From: a virus
IMG/VR virus record: IMGVR_UViG_3300043438_001827
Coordinates: 32,001 to 96,000 of that record
Strand: one strand, 5' to 3'
Length of the DNA stretch: 64,000 nt
Shown here: positions 47,069 through 55,471 of the stretch, piece after piece
Layout: each line of letters begins with the position of its first letter
Numbering within the stretch: position 1 is the stretch's first letter
Made by a program: the position numbers and the translations under genes
Notes under the pieces: model-generated
The model's input: the letters and a program-made list of their open reading frames with translations, nothing else
Told to the model about the DNA's origin: nothing
Databases searched by the model: none

Positions 47069-48328
47069 ATGACAGAGTTTATAAATACAGAAAGAAAAAC
47101 TTCACAGTATAATGGTCCAGTTAATAGTTCTGACTTTAATTTAAAAATAGAACAAAATTATCAAGATTTAGTGCAGCTTTATAACAGGTCTGGGATAATA
47201 GACCAAAAATTAAATGAAGCTTTTGAACGAGTTTTAAAAGATCACCTATTTTTGTCCCAAGCTGTATCTGACATGGAAGATAGAATCGGTGCAATAGAAA
47301 ACTCCTCTCTTTCACAAAAGCAGCTCTCTATATACAACTACTCACAGCTTGACCCAGTCAGCTTACTGAATACCTCATACGCAGTATCCAGTGCAGAGAT
47401 GCTAAGCTTTGACTATATCAATAATATATTAACCCTTCCTAAGATAGACGGATCTTCACACTCTAAATTAAAGTTCTTTAATAATTTTACAGGACAAATA
47501 GTTCCAGATTTTTTTGAATCAAAAATAGAAAACTCTTTTGTCAGCGTAGATACTCCAGGTGCTTTGGTAGACACTACACCTATCTATCACGCAGTTTTGG
47601 ACAATTCAGAAAAATTTTGGAAGAGAAACATTATCACTGAATCCGCATCAGGACTTAACGCACAAACATACGTCTACATAAAAATACCAACAGCGTATGG
47701 AGGAAGCGATAAGAGCAACTTTGTTAGCATGACCCCTTATCCTATATTTGGTGTTGATATCCTATCTATTGAATATACATCCAACTCAAACCCTACATTA
47801 ACCCAGACAGACGGTTGGACGCCTCTTAACTTTAATAGATATTATGACGGAGTAGCTGAAGCAGTTGGAAAGGTCCCGCCTGGTGGATGGTCAGTTGCAG
47901 GAACCGATGTAATTTTAAACTCAGGACCAATAGGTTTCTATATGCCGCCAACAACAGTCACGGCAATAAGAATTAACATGAGACAAAGAAATTACATTAA
48001 AGAAAATGGCAAATACGTATATACGTATGGACTGTCAGACCTCGATATTAGAGCAGACAAGTTCATGCCAAATGGAAGAACTATAGTACGCTTTAACGCC
48101 CCTCAAGATACCCTTATCTATGAAGTGACTGATGTTATACCCAAGATATATAACGTTCCACCAGAGCTTATGGCTACAGCCTTTAGCTACAGGGTTCTAT
48201 ATAAAGACTCTGGCGTCTATAGCGAGGATCCTATAGCTTCAAGTACAGTATGGGTTGAGGTAACTTTAAATCAATTAGGAGACGGAACATCTCCTGTTTT
48301 ATCAGATTTAATAATTAAATACAATTAA
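47069..48328 (+). CDS. Virion structural protein (419 aa)
   Basis: N-terminal YNGPVNSSDFN..DLVQLY motif shared with neighbours; SPVLSDLII tail. Confidence 0.65.
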   Translation: MTEFINTERKTSQYNGPVNSSDFNLKIEQNYQDLVQLYNRSGIIDQKLNEAFERVLKDHLFLSQAVSDMEDRIGAIENSSLSQKQLSIYNYSQLDPVSLLNTSYAVSSAEMLSFDYINNILTLPKIDGSSHSKLKFFNNFTGQIVPDFFESKIENSFVSVDTPGALVDTTPIYHAVLDNSEKFWKRNIITESASGLNAQTYVYIKIPTAYGGSDKSNFVSMTPYPIFGVDILSIEYTSNSNPTLTQTDGWTPLNFNRYYDGVAEAVGKVPPGGWSVAGTDVILNSGPIGFYMPPTTVTAIRINMRQRNYIKENGKYVYTYGLSDLDIRADKFMPNGRTIVRFNAPQDTLIYEVTDVIPKIYNVPPELMATAFSYRVLYKDSGVYSEDPIASSTVWVEVTLNQLGDGTSPVLSDLIIKYN

Positions 48329-48393
48329 AGATTAAAAAAGTAAGATTCCATTTTACTATATCACTATAATTATATCGCAATAAGGAGAGCTAA

Positions 48394-49023
48394 ATGACTA
48401 CATTTTACGTAGGACCAAGACCAGTTTTAAAGGGTCAAAATACCAAAGAGATGGTAAACCCATACACATCAATGACTGGTAAAGTAAAAGGTGCTGGAAC
48501 ATATTCGTACTACCCCCTTTATAGTACTAGCCACGTTCTTGATGGCTCTCCAGATAACCACCACGTACCAGGTACTGGGTACTTCCCTGGTGATGTATTT
48601 ATGTCCCAACTTTTCACAGGAATTGGTGGTACACTATACATCCATCCATTAGCTGGAACATTCCAGGATGGTGCTAACTACGATGGTTCAAGATTCCGTC
48701 CAATGGAATACAAGGGTATTACAGGAGCTAAAGCTTTCCCTACAGCCTTTGGACACGAAGAAAGAGAAAATGACTACAAGCTTAGACAGTACCGTTTCAA
48801 GGGCGTTACTTCAGCAGAAGCATTTGCAAGCACAGGTCATGGCCAAAGAACAGAAGCACAAGGAGCACCATCATCTTTTGGATATTTTATTCCAGAAGAG
48901 CACAAGGGCGTTACTAGCTCTGTAGTTTTTACATCAGGATTTGGTCAATCAAATGAAGTTGGAGATTATGGTAGAAAGAAAGTCCAAGAATGGAAAGGCG
49001 TTGCATCTGCAAAAGCTTTGTGA
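48394..49023 (+). CDS. Repeat-containing Gly/aromatic-rich protein (209 aa)
   Basis: Strong RBS TAAGGAG; four KG[IV][TA][GS]-containing repeats in the C-terminal half. Confidence 0.75.
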   Translation: MTTFYVGPRPVLKGQNTKEMVNPYTSMTGKVKGAGTYSYYPLYSTSHVLDGSPDNHHVPGTGYFPGDVFMSQLFTGIGGTLYIHPLAGTFQDGANYDGSRFRPMEYKGITGAKAFPTAFGHEERENDYKLRQYRFKGVTSAEAFASTGHGQRTEAQGAPSSFGYFIPEEHKGVTSSVVFTSGFGQSNEVGDYGRKKVQEWKGVASAKAL

Positions 49024-49282
49024 TTATTACTCTAATCCAATTATTTTAGAGAAAGATCATAGAAAATCTGGTTTAGCGGCTTGGGCAATTCTACTGGGCG
49101 GAATTATTGCATATGATACCTATGCAATAAGAAGTCAAAAGATAGAAACTTTAACAAGAGCATTCTGGAGACTAACAGAAGAGCCAATAAAGAAAATCAT
49201 TCCGATAACAATGTGGGTTGGGCTAACTGCACATTTGTTAGTTGAAAAAGAAGTAAGAAAAAAAAAGTTTAATAACAGTTAA
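49001..49282 (+). CDS. Small membrane protein (start uncertain; TTG at 49001 or ATG at 48941)
   Basis: Two hydrophobic segments, GLAAWAILLGGIIAY and IIPITMWVGLTAHLL; last gene of the structural block. Confidence 0.6.
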   Translation: MHLQKLCDYYSNPIILEKDHRKSGLAAWAILLGGIIAYDTYAIRSQKIETLTRAFWRLTEEPIKKIIPITMWVGLTAHLLVEKEVRKKKFNNS

Positions 49283-49307
49283 CCCGACAAGCAAATTAAG
49301 TAGCCTA

Positions 49308-49316
49308 TGATATACT
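49308..49316 (+). promoter_or_regulatory. Putative extended -10 promoter (TG-A-TATACT)
   Basis: TGnTATACT lies in the intergenic gap at the boundary between the structural and metabolic blocks; no well-spaced -35 was seen. Confidence 0.45.
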
Positions 49317-49337
49317 CTATAGGTGTCAACATTGAAC

Positions 49338-49374
49338 TCCCGTCCTATTTATATAGGACGGGATTCGATTTTTA
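49338..49374 (+). terminator. Hairpin, probable intrinsic terminator of the structural block
   Basis: 11-bp stem TCCCGTCCTAT/ATAGGACGGGA with a 4-nt loop, followed by TTCGATTTTTA. Confidence 0.7.
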
Positions 49375-49418
49375 TACAGCAGTTTTACATCTTTTTACAA
49401 AGATAAAGAGGATTGAAT

Positions 49419-50120
49419 ATGTCTTTACAGGAGTTGACAAACGTGATTGAAGAGGGAACTCTATCAGTTGATACAGCTCAAAAATATTTAAACGTTTACA
49501 TAGGTGATAGTGATTGGGCTAAGCATATTAATCAGCTATGGTTAAACTTGGAGAACAAAAATAGAAATCAAGAAATTTCAAAAGAAGAAATAAAGAAGAT
49601 AATATCTTGTACACTATTACTTCCAACTTACGAAAAGACTACAATACCAGATCCAGTTCACCCTATACTTTTTTGGTGCACCACATGGGGGCAGCTAAAG
49701 GAAAGAGATTGGTTCTCTTTACTTAAAGACGTGATTAAAAAAGATATCTTAATTCAAAATAATAGGAAGAATTTATTAGGTTTAGGGGTTATAGATCCGA
49801 TAGACTATTCCCCATTAACCAGACAAGCTTACAATTGGTTATACTCTGAAGCTCAAAATGCAGGTATAATTAATGAAGGTAATAAAAAAGAAATATCAAT
49901 AAAGCTACAGAATCTAGTAAGAATTTATGGTGGAGCAGTAATATCAAATATTTTCAGCAATCATAAAAGCTCTTTAAATAAGATCCTCAATTGGAGAAGT
50001 GGTTATTTTTTTGAAAGAGAAATATACAACGTTTATTCTTATGATCAAATTCATAAAATAAAGCAGTTAGAACTACAGAAACTAAACCCAAAATTTATTA
50101 AAACAATCAATACAAAATAA
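49419..50120 (+). CDS. Hypothetical protein (about 233 aa)
   Basis: GAGGA RBS upstream; long ORF with no recognised motif. Confidence 0.7.
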   Translation: MSLQELTNVIEEGTLSVDTAQKYLNVYIGDSDWAKHINQLWLNLENKNRNQEISKEEIKKIISCTLLLPTYEKTTIPDPVHPILFWCTTWGQLKERDWFSLLKDVIKKDILIQNNRKNLLGLGVIDPIDYSPLTRQAYNWLYSEAQNAGIINEGNKKEISIKLQNLVRIYGGAVISNIFSNHKSSLNKILNWRSGYFFEREIYNVYSYDQIHKIKQLELQKLNPKFIKTINTK

Positions 50121-50132
50121 CCAGGAGAAGAA

Positions 50133-52244
50133 ATGGAAAACCAAACACTACCACAAGAAAACATCGTACCAACAACAACCACGAGTAATAAAACTCCATC
50201 TATTTTTTCTTTTAGAATTAGCGATGACTTTTTAGAAGGTTACAGAAGCAAGAAACCTCCTTTTGGCTACAAGGACGCTGCTGGAAACTCTGTTGGTGAG
50301 ATCACATTCTTGAGAACATATTCACGTCTGAAAGAAGATGGGACTAAAGAAACTTGGGTAGATGTTTGCGAACGCGTAATTAACGGTATGTATTCTCTTC
50401 AAAAAGATCACTGTAAATCTAGTAGACTACCTTGGAACGATGCTAAGGCTCAAGCTAGCGCAAAGGATGCGTTTGATCGTTTGTTCAACTTAAAGTGGAC
50501 TCCACCAGGACGTGGATTATGGATGATGGGAACTCAGATTGTAAACGTACATAAAAACTCAGCAGCACTGCAAAACTGTGCTTTTGTAAGTACGTCTGAA
50601 ATGTCAAAGTTTAATCCAGCAAAACCATTCAACTTCTTAATGGAAGCATCAATGCTTGGTGTTGGTGTCGGGTTTGATGACAAAGGTGCTGATAAAGATT
50701 TTACTATTCATCAACCAAAAGAAACAATTTCAGTTGATATAATCACTGATGATAGAGAAAGCTGGGCAAGAGCTACTGGTGATCTTATAAATTCTTACCT
50801 TAAGCCAGATCAGCAAACGATTGAGTTTGACTATTCTTTGATTAGACCATTAGGAGCTCCAATTAAAACATTTGGCGGAACCGCTTCTGGCCCAGCTCCT
50901 TTGATTAAGCTACACAATGCCATTAGGAATATATTCAACGGACGTGGAGGGGAAAAGCTAACACGTAAAGACATAGCTGATATAGGTAACCTCATTGGCG
51001 TATGCGTTGTATCTGGAAACGTTAGACGTTCAGCTGAACTTCTAATTGGAAGAATAGACGACCAAGATTTTCTTAACTTAAAAAATGCAGAGGTATTTCC
51101 TGAGCGTAATTCATATGATCCAAATTCACCAGGTTGGGGATGGATGTCTAATAACTCAGTAGAGGTTTCTGTTGGACAAGATCTATCTCCAATCGTAGAT
51201 GGAATTTCCAGAAATGGTGAACCAGGTGTTATCTGGATGGACATGGCACGTAAATATGGAAGACTTGCCGACGCACCAAATAACAAAGACCACAGAGTTG
51301 CAGGATTCAACCCATGTGCAGAACAATCTCTTGAGTCATACGAATGCTGTACTTTGGTAGAGACTTATCTTGGCAGACATGATTCATTAGAGGACTTCAA
51401 GCGTACTCTTAAGTTTGCATATCTTTATGCTAAGACTGTGACACTTCTACCGACACACTGGGAAGAAACAAATGCTATTATGCAGAGAAATCGCCGTATC
51501 GGTGCTTCAATGTCTGGTGTTGCTGACTTTGCTGACATCAACGGTATGCCAGTTCTTCGTGAATGGATGGATCAAGGTTATAAAACTGTTACAAGATATG
51601 ACAATATTTACTCTGAATGGTTGGGCGTACGTGAGTCCATTAAGATGACTACTGTTAAACCATCAGGTACGGTCTCAATCCTCGCAGGAGAGTCTCCTGG
51701 GGTTCACTGGACGCCAGGTGGTAAGTACTTCAATAGAACCATTAGATTTTCTAATGATGACCCAATGTTACCACTATTCAAGATGGCTAACTATAAAGTA
51801 GAACCAGCAGCGGAATCACCGGATACTACATCTGTTGTTTACTTCCCAATTAAGTCAAATGCAAAAAGATCTGAAAAAGATGTAACAATTTTTGAAAAGA
51901 TAGCTCTTGCGGCAGCTGCTCAAAGATACTGGTCGGATAACTCAGTATCAGTAACTGTTTCATTCAATGCTGAAACGGAAAAAGAACATGTTGGCACAGT
52001 ATTGCATATGTATGATGGTCAGTTGAAAACGGTATCATTCTTGGCAACAGGAAATGACACGTATCTGCAGATGCCATACACCCAAATTACGGAAGATGAG
52101 TACAATCAAGAGGGAACCATGAAGTTATTCCCAATTGATTTCTCAGGCGTGTATGCAGGAATGGCAGCAGATGCTATAGGAGAGTCTTACTGTACTACTG
52201 ACTCATGTGAAATTAAATTGATAAAAGAAAACAACAAACAATAG
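50133..52244 (+). CDS. nrdJ: Adenosylcobalamin-dependent (class II) ribonucleoside-triphosphate reductase
   Basis: Motifs PPGRGLW, LQNCAF, NPCAEQSL..CCTLVE and TTVKPSGTVS, and a C-terminal Cys pair CTTDSC. Confidence 0.95.
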   Translation: MENQTLPQENIVPTTTTSNKTPSIFSFRISDDFLEGYRSKKPPFGYKDAAGNSVGEITFLRTYSRLKEDGTKETWVDVCERVINGMYSLQKDHCKSSRLPWNDAKAQASAKDAFDRLFNLKWTPPGRGLWMMGTQIVNVHKNSAALQNCAFVSTSEMSKFNPAKPFNFLMEASMLGVGVGFDDKGADKDFTIHQPKETISVDIITDDRESWARATGDLINSYLKPDQQTIEFDYSLIRPLGAPIKTFGGTASGPAPLIKLHNAIRNIFNGRGGEKLTRKDIADIGNLIGVCVVSGNVRRSAELLIGRIDDQDFLNLKNAEVFPERNSYDPNSPGWGWMSNNSVEVSVGQDLSPIVDGISRNGEPGVIWMDMARKYGRLADAPNNKDHRVAGFNPCAEQSLESYECCTLVETYLGRHDSLEDFKRTLKFAYLYAKTVTLLPTHWEETNAIMQRNRRIGASMSGVADFADINGMPVLREWMDQGYKTVTRYDNIYSEWLGVRESIKMTTVKPSGTVSILAGESPGVHWTPGGKYFNRTIRFSNDDPMLPLFKMANYKVEPAAESPDTTSVVYFPIKSNAKRSEKDVTIFEKIALAAAAQRYWSDNSVSVTVSFNAETEKEHVGTVLHMYDGQLKTVSFLATGNDTYLQMPYTQITEDEYNQEGTMKLFPIDFSGVYAGMAADAIGESYCTTDSCEIKLIKENNKQ

Positions 52245-52253
52245 AGGTTTAAG

Positions 52254-52622
52254 TTGACAAACAGAAGTGAAGAAGATGATTTTGATAAAAAATTTTCTGA
52301 AATAATGGAATTGTCAAATATCGAAGATCTTGATACTTTTATAAAAACAGAAGCATTTCAATCAATTAAAGAAAACATATTATTATTAAATGCATTAAAC
52401 GAATTAAGTCAAGAAATTAATTCTATTATAATGTGTATAATTAATGAATCACCAATTAATTTGACTGAAGATATGCAAGATACATTATCTACAATTTATA
52501 AATTATCAATTGATTTCGTTGATGATATGATAGAATTGAATAGTATAGGATTAGAATTAGAGTTTGATTCAGACATAGAATTTGACTCTTATGACGATGA
52601 GGAAGAAGAAGATGAAGACTGA
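52254..52622 (+). CDS. Acidic hypothetical protein (122 aa)
   Basis: GAGG RBS, TTG start, very D/E-rich tail. Confidence 0.65.
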   Translation: MTNRSEEDDFDKKFSEIMELSNIEDLDTFIKTEAFQSIKENILLLNALNELSQEINSIIMCIINESPINLTEDMQDTLSTIYKLSIDFVDDMIELNSIGLELEFDSDIEFDSYDDEEEEDED

Positions 52623-53346
52623 ACTTGTTTCTGAATTAGATCAGAACGAAAACTTTATACCAGTTTTAGATAACGGGTATGTAAGATTAATTGACCATAT
52701 GGGTACAGACTTATCGATTGTAAATGCAGCAAGAGCTTCTTTTGCTAAAGAAAAAAAAGAATTGAGCCCAGCAGACGGTAAGCTCATAGATTTCTTGGCT
52801 AGAGAAAATCATATGTCTCCTTTCAGACATGCATTTTTAACCTTTGAGTTTAAAGCTCCTTTGATGGTAGCTAGACAGCACTGGAAGTACGTAGTCGGTT
52901 CTGACCACACTATGGACTCATGGAATGAATCTTCTAGAAGATACATAACTATGGATCCAGAGTTCTATCTGCCAAAAGCAGAAGAGTGGCGTTTAGCTCC
53001 TGACGATAAAAAGCAGGGTTCTGGTGGACCAGCCGATTTCTTCATGGGATCTCTTCTGTATAAAGAGCTAGAAGAATACTGCATGAAGGGTGAAGCGCTC
53101 TATAATATGGCTATGGAAAATGGCATTGCACCAGAACAAGCTAGATTATTCTTACCTGCTTACGGTATGTATGTAACATATAGATGGTCTTGCAGTCTGC
53201 AATCTGTTGCGCTTTTCTTAAATCAAAGATTAGCTGAAGATTCACAGGTCGAGATACAAAAATATGCAAGAGCAGTATATCTTTTGTCTCAACCTAAATA
53301 TCCAGTATCCATGTCTAGATTAGTTGGCGCTTACAGTGGTCATTAA
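52612..53346 (+). CDS. thyX: Flavin-dependent thymidylate synthase
   Basis: GYVRLIDHMGTDLSIVNAARASF, HMSPFRH, variant motif RQHWKY..SWNESSRRY, GIAPEQARLFLP and QVEIQKYA. Confidence 0.93.
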   Translation: MKTELVSELDQNENFIPVLDNGYVRLIDHMGTDLSIVNAARASFAKEKKELSPADGKLIDFLARENHMSPFRHAFLTFEFKAPLMVARQHWKYVVGSDHTMDSWNESSRRYITMDPEFYLPKAEEWRLAPDDKKQGSGGPADFFMGSLLYKELEEYCMKGEALYNMAMENGIAPEQARLFLPAYGMYVTYRWSCSLQSVALFLNQRLAEDSQVEIQKYARAVYLLSQPKYPVSMSRLVGAYSGH

Positions 53347-53500
53347 TATATTAATAGCTTTACTCTTCACCCTATGTGTCAATTGGTCAGTTACTTTAAA
53401 CCTAGCTATACAGCGTTCTGAAGATGGTAGACAAAGAGCTATACTAATAGCAATTACTGTTTTAATATTATTTATTACTGGTTTTCTCATAGCTATTTAA
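53336..53500 (+). CDS. Small two-TM membrane protein (54 aa), not in the ORF track
   Basis: GTG-started ORF MVINILIALLFTLCVNWSVTLNLAIQRSEDGRQRAILIAITVLILFITGFLIAI fills the gap between thyX and the deaminase. Confidence 0.6.
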   Translation: MVINILIALLFTLCVNWSVTLNLAIQRSEDGRQRAILIAITVLILFITGFLIAI

Positions 53501-53505
53501 AACTT

Positions 53506-53952
53506 ATGACAAATAAAAATAAACAATACATTCAGCTGTGTAGTTCAGCTAGCTCTATCTTTTCTACATGTGGTAAAAAACAATATGCTGCTGTATTAGT
53601 CGACAAGTATGATCATATAGTTGGCATGGGATACAACGGTGGTCCTAGGGGCTTTCCTCACTGTAAAGATGGTGGGTGTCCTAGACTAGAGCAGATGTCT
53701 ATCAATGGATCTAATTACGACAATTGCATAGCAGTCCATGCAGAAGCAAATGCGTTGTTACATTCAAATTATAGTTCTGAGCCTAAAAAAATATATGTAA
53801 ATGGTCCTCCTTGTTTTTCTTGCGCAAAATTAATAGCTAATAGTACGATAGAAGAAGTTTATTACATAGCGGACAAGTGCTATAATAATTGGGAAGACAT
53901 TAAGACCTTTCTTAACAAAGCTAAGGTATCAACATTTGAGATGGAAATATAA
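53506..53952 (+). CDS. dCMP deaminase
   Basis: GYNGGPRG, HAEANA and PCFSC zinc-binding motifs. Confidence 0.92.
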   Translation: MTNKNKQYIQLCSSASSIFSTCGKKQYAAVLVDKYDHIVGMGYNGGPRGFPHCKDGGCPRLEQMSINGSNYDNCIAVHAEANALLHSNYSSEPKKIYVNGPPCFSCAKLIANSTIEEVYYIADKCYNNWEDIKTFLNKAKVSTFEMEI

Positions 53953-54188
53953 TGGCAGCTTCAAAGCTAAATTACTTGGTTATTTATAAAAATCATAGTC
54001 AAGTTTATGGTTGTTCTTCAAAGAAGATAGCAATAGAAAGTCCTCCCCCAGAAGGTTATACGGAAGAAGACAAAAATATATTGTTTGTTACTTTTGAACC
54101 AGACACTGACAACCTATGTGTTTACAAGGTAGACAAAGAAGAAGAAATAATAACAACGAGTAAAAGAAAGAAAAAGACAGATGACTAA
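53952..54188 (+). CDS. Hypothetical protein (78 aa)
   Basis: TAATG coupling to the upstream gene. Confidence 0.7.
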   Translation: MAASKLNYLVIYKNHSQVYGCSSKKIAIESPPPEGYTEEDKNILFVTFEPDTDNLCVYKVDKEEEIITTSKRKKKTDD

Positions 54189-54423
54189 GAAACAGTCACA
54201 GAAAAAGAAAATAAGTGTAAAACTAAATCCAGGAGAAGCGGTTTTTACTGCCGATATAGAGGTTATGAACCATATCATGGGGGTATATCATGAAATGTCA
54301 CTTTCTTGCAAGAACCCGACTGAGGCTCAGTCTTGGATGGACGTTGTTAATAATATAAAAAAATGTTGTGAGGAAACTTACTACTCAAATAAATCAGGAG
54401 ATATATATGAAGAAGAGTGGTGA
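54181..54423 (+). CDS. Hypothetical protein (80 aa)
   Basis: Short overlap with the upstream gene, consistent with operon packing. Confidence 0.65.
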   Translation: MTKKQSQKKKISVKLNPGEAVFTADIEVMNHIMGVYHEMSLSCKNPTEAQSWMDVVNNIKKCCEETYYSNKSGDIYEEEW

Positions 54424-54661
54424 TTTTTTAATCTATTCTGCTTTGGCGATTGGTACTTGCATCTTAATTTCAATACTAAGAAAAAGTTTTGATCCTAGAT
54501 CTATCCAAGACGCAGATTCAATACAATTAGGAAATAGATTAATAGAGTTTTTTGAGAAGGATCAAATGGAAGAAATATATCAAAGATATTACGAATACGT
54601 AGATATGGGATTAACACCAAACGACGCTTTTGAATTGTTAGTAGGTGGCTTAAATGATTGA
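54407..54661 (+). CDS. Small protein with an N-terminal transmembrane segment
   Basis: AGGAG RBS before ATG 54407; hydrophobic segment FLIYSALAIGTCILISIL. Confidence 0.65.
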   Translation: MKKSGDFLIYSALAIGTCILISILRKSFDPRSIQDADSIQLGNRLIEFFEKDQMEEIYQRYYEYVDMGLTPNDAFELLVGGLND

Positions 54662-55469
54662 TCTATGTGTAGTAAATCACAATACTAGAACACTGTTGCA
54701 AAGATTTTTGGACAATTTGCATTCAGATCTTAATAGTCCAAATGGTGCGCTCGTAAAAAACTGGAATTTATACATAACCGATAATGATTCAACTGATGAT
54801 TTTGTCCCTTGGATTAGGGAAAATGAAGATCGATATTTAATCAATAGGTTATTTTTAAGAAAAAATATAGGATACTCTGCTGCTGTAAATATGATGGCAG
54901 AAAAATCTTCTGGAGATATAATTGGTATTTTAAATGGTGATGTATGGATGACCTCTGAGGATTGCATTAAAATAGAAAATATTTTTAATCAAAATCCAGA
55001 AATCCATATTCTTGGCCCTAAGCAGAGAGACGAAAATGGTTTCATAACTCATGCTGGTATAATTGGTACAAATATTTCACCTAAGCATAGAGGATGGAAA
55101 GAACATGACCCTAATGATGTTTTATATAAAGACAGAGTTAATTGTGTAACAGTTTCTGGTTCAGCTTATTTTGTTAGAAGAGAAGTATGGAATGCTATGA
55201 CTAACAACGAACAGTATAGGCAAATCCACCCGGAAGCAACAGGGGCATTTTTGCCAACGCCACATTATTATGAAGAGACATGGTGTTCGTATTTTGCAAG
55301 ACACTTGGGCTATAATGTAGTCTATGACGGATCAGTATCAATAGGCCATAGTTGGCACGCTAGTAGCCCAAAGCCAGGAGAGGGCATTAGCGAAGTTGAT
55401 AAGTACTTTCCCATAAGTAGAGATATATTTCGTAGAGCTTGCGATTTCATAGGAATAGAAAGAGACTAA
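54654..55469 (+). CDS. Glycosyltransferase, GT2 family
   Basis: IDLCVVNHN, DNDSTD, NIGYSAAVN, LNGDV, VSGSAYFVRR and YYEE motifs. Confidence 0.9.
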   Translation: MIDLCVVNHNTRTLLQRFLDNLHSDLNSPNGALVKNWNLYITDNDSTDDFVPWIRENEDRYLINRLFLRKNIGYSAAVNMMAEKSSGDIIGILNGDVWMTSEDCIKIENIFNQNPEIHILGPKQRDENGFITHAGIIGTNISPKHRGWKEHDPNDVLYKDRVNCVTVSGSAYFVRREVWNAMTNNEQYRQIHPEATGAFLPTPHYYEETWCSYFARHLGYNVVYDGSVSIGHSWHASSPKPGEGISEVDKYFPISRDIFRRACDFIGIERD

Positions 55470-55471
55470 TA

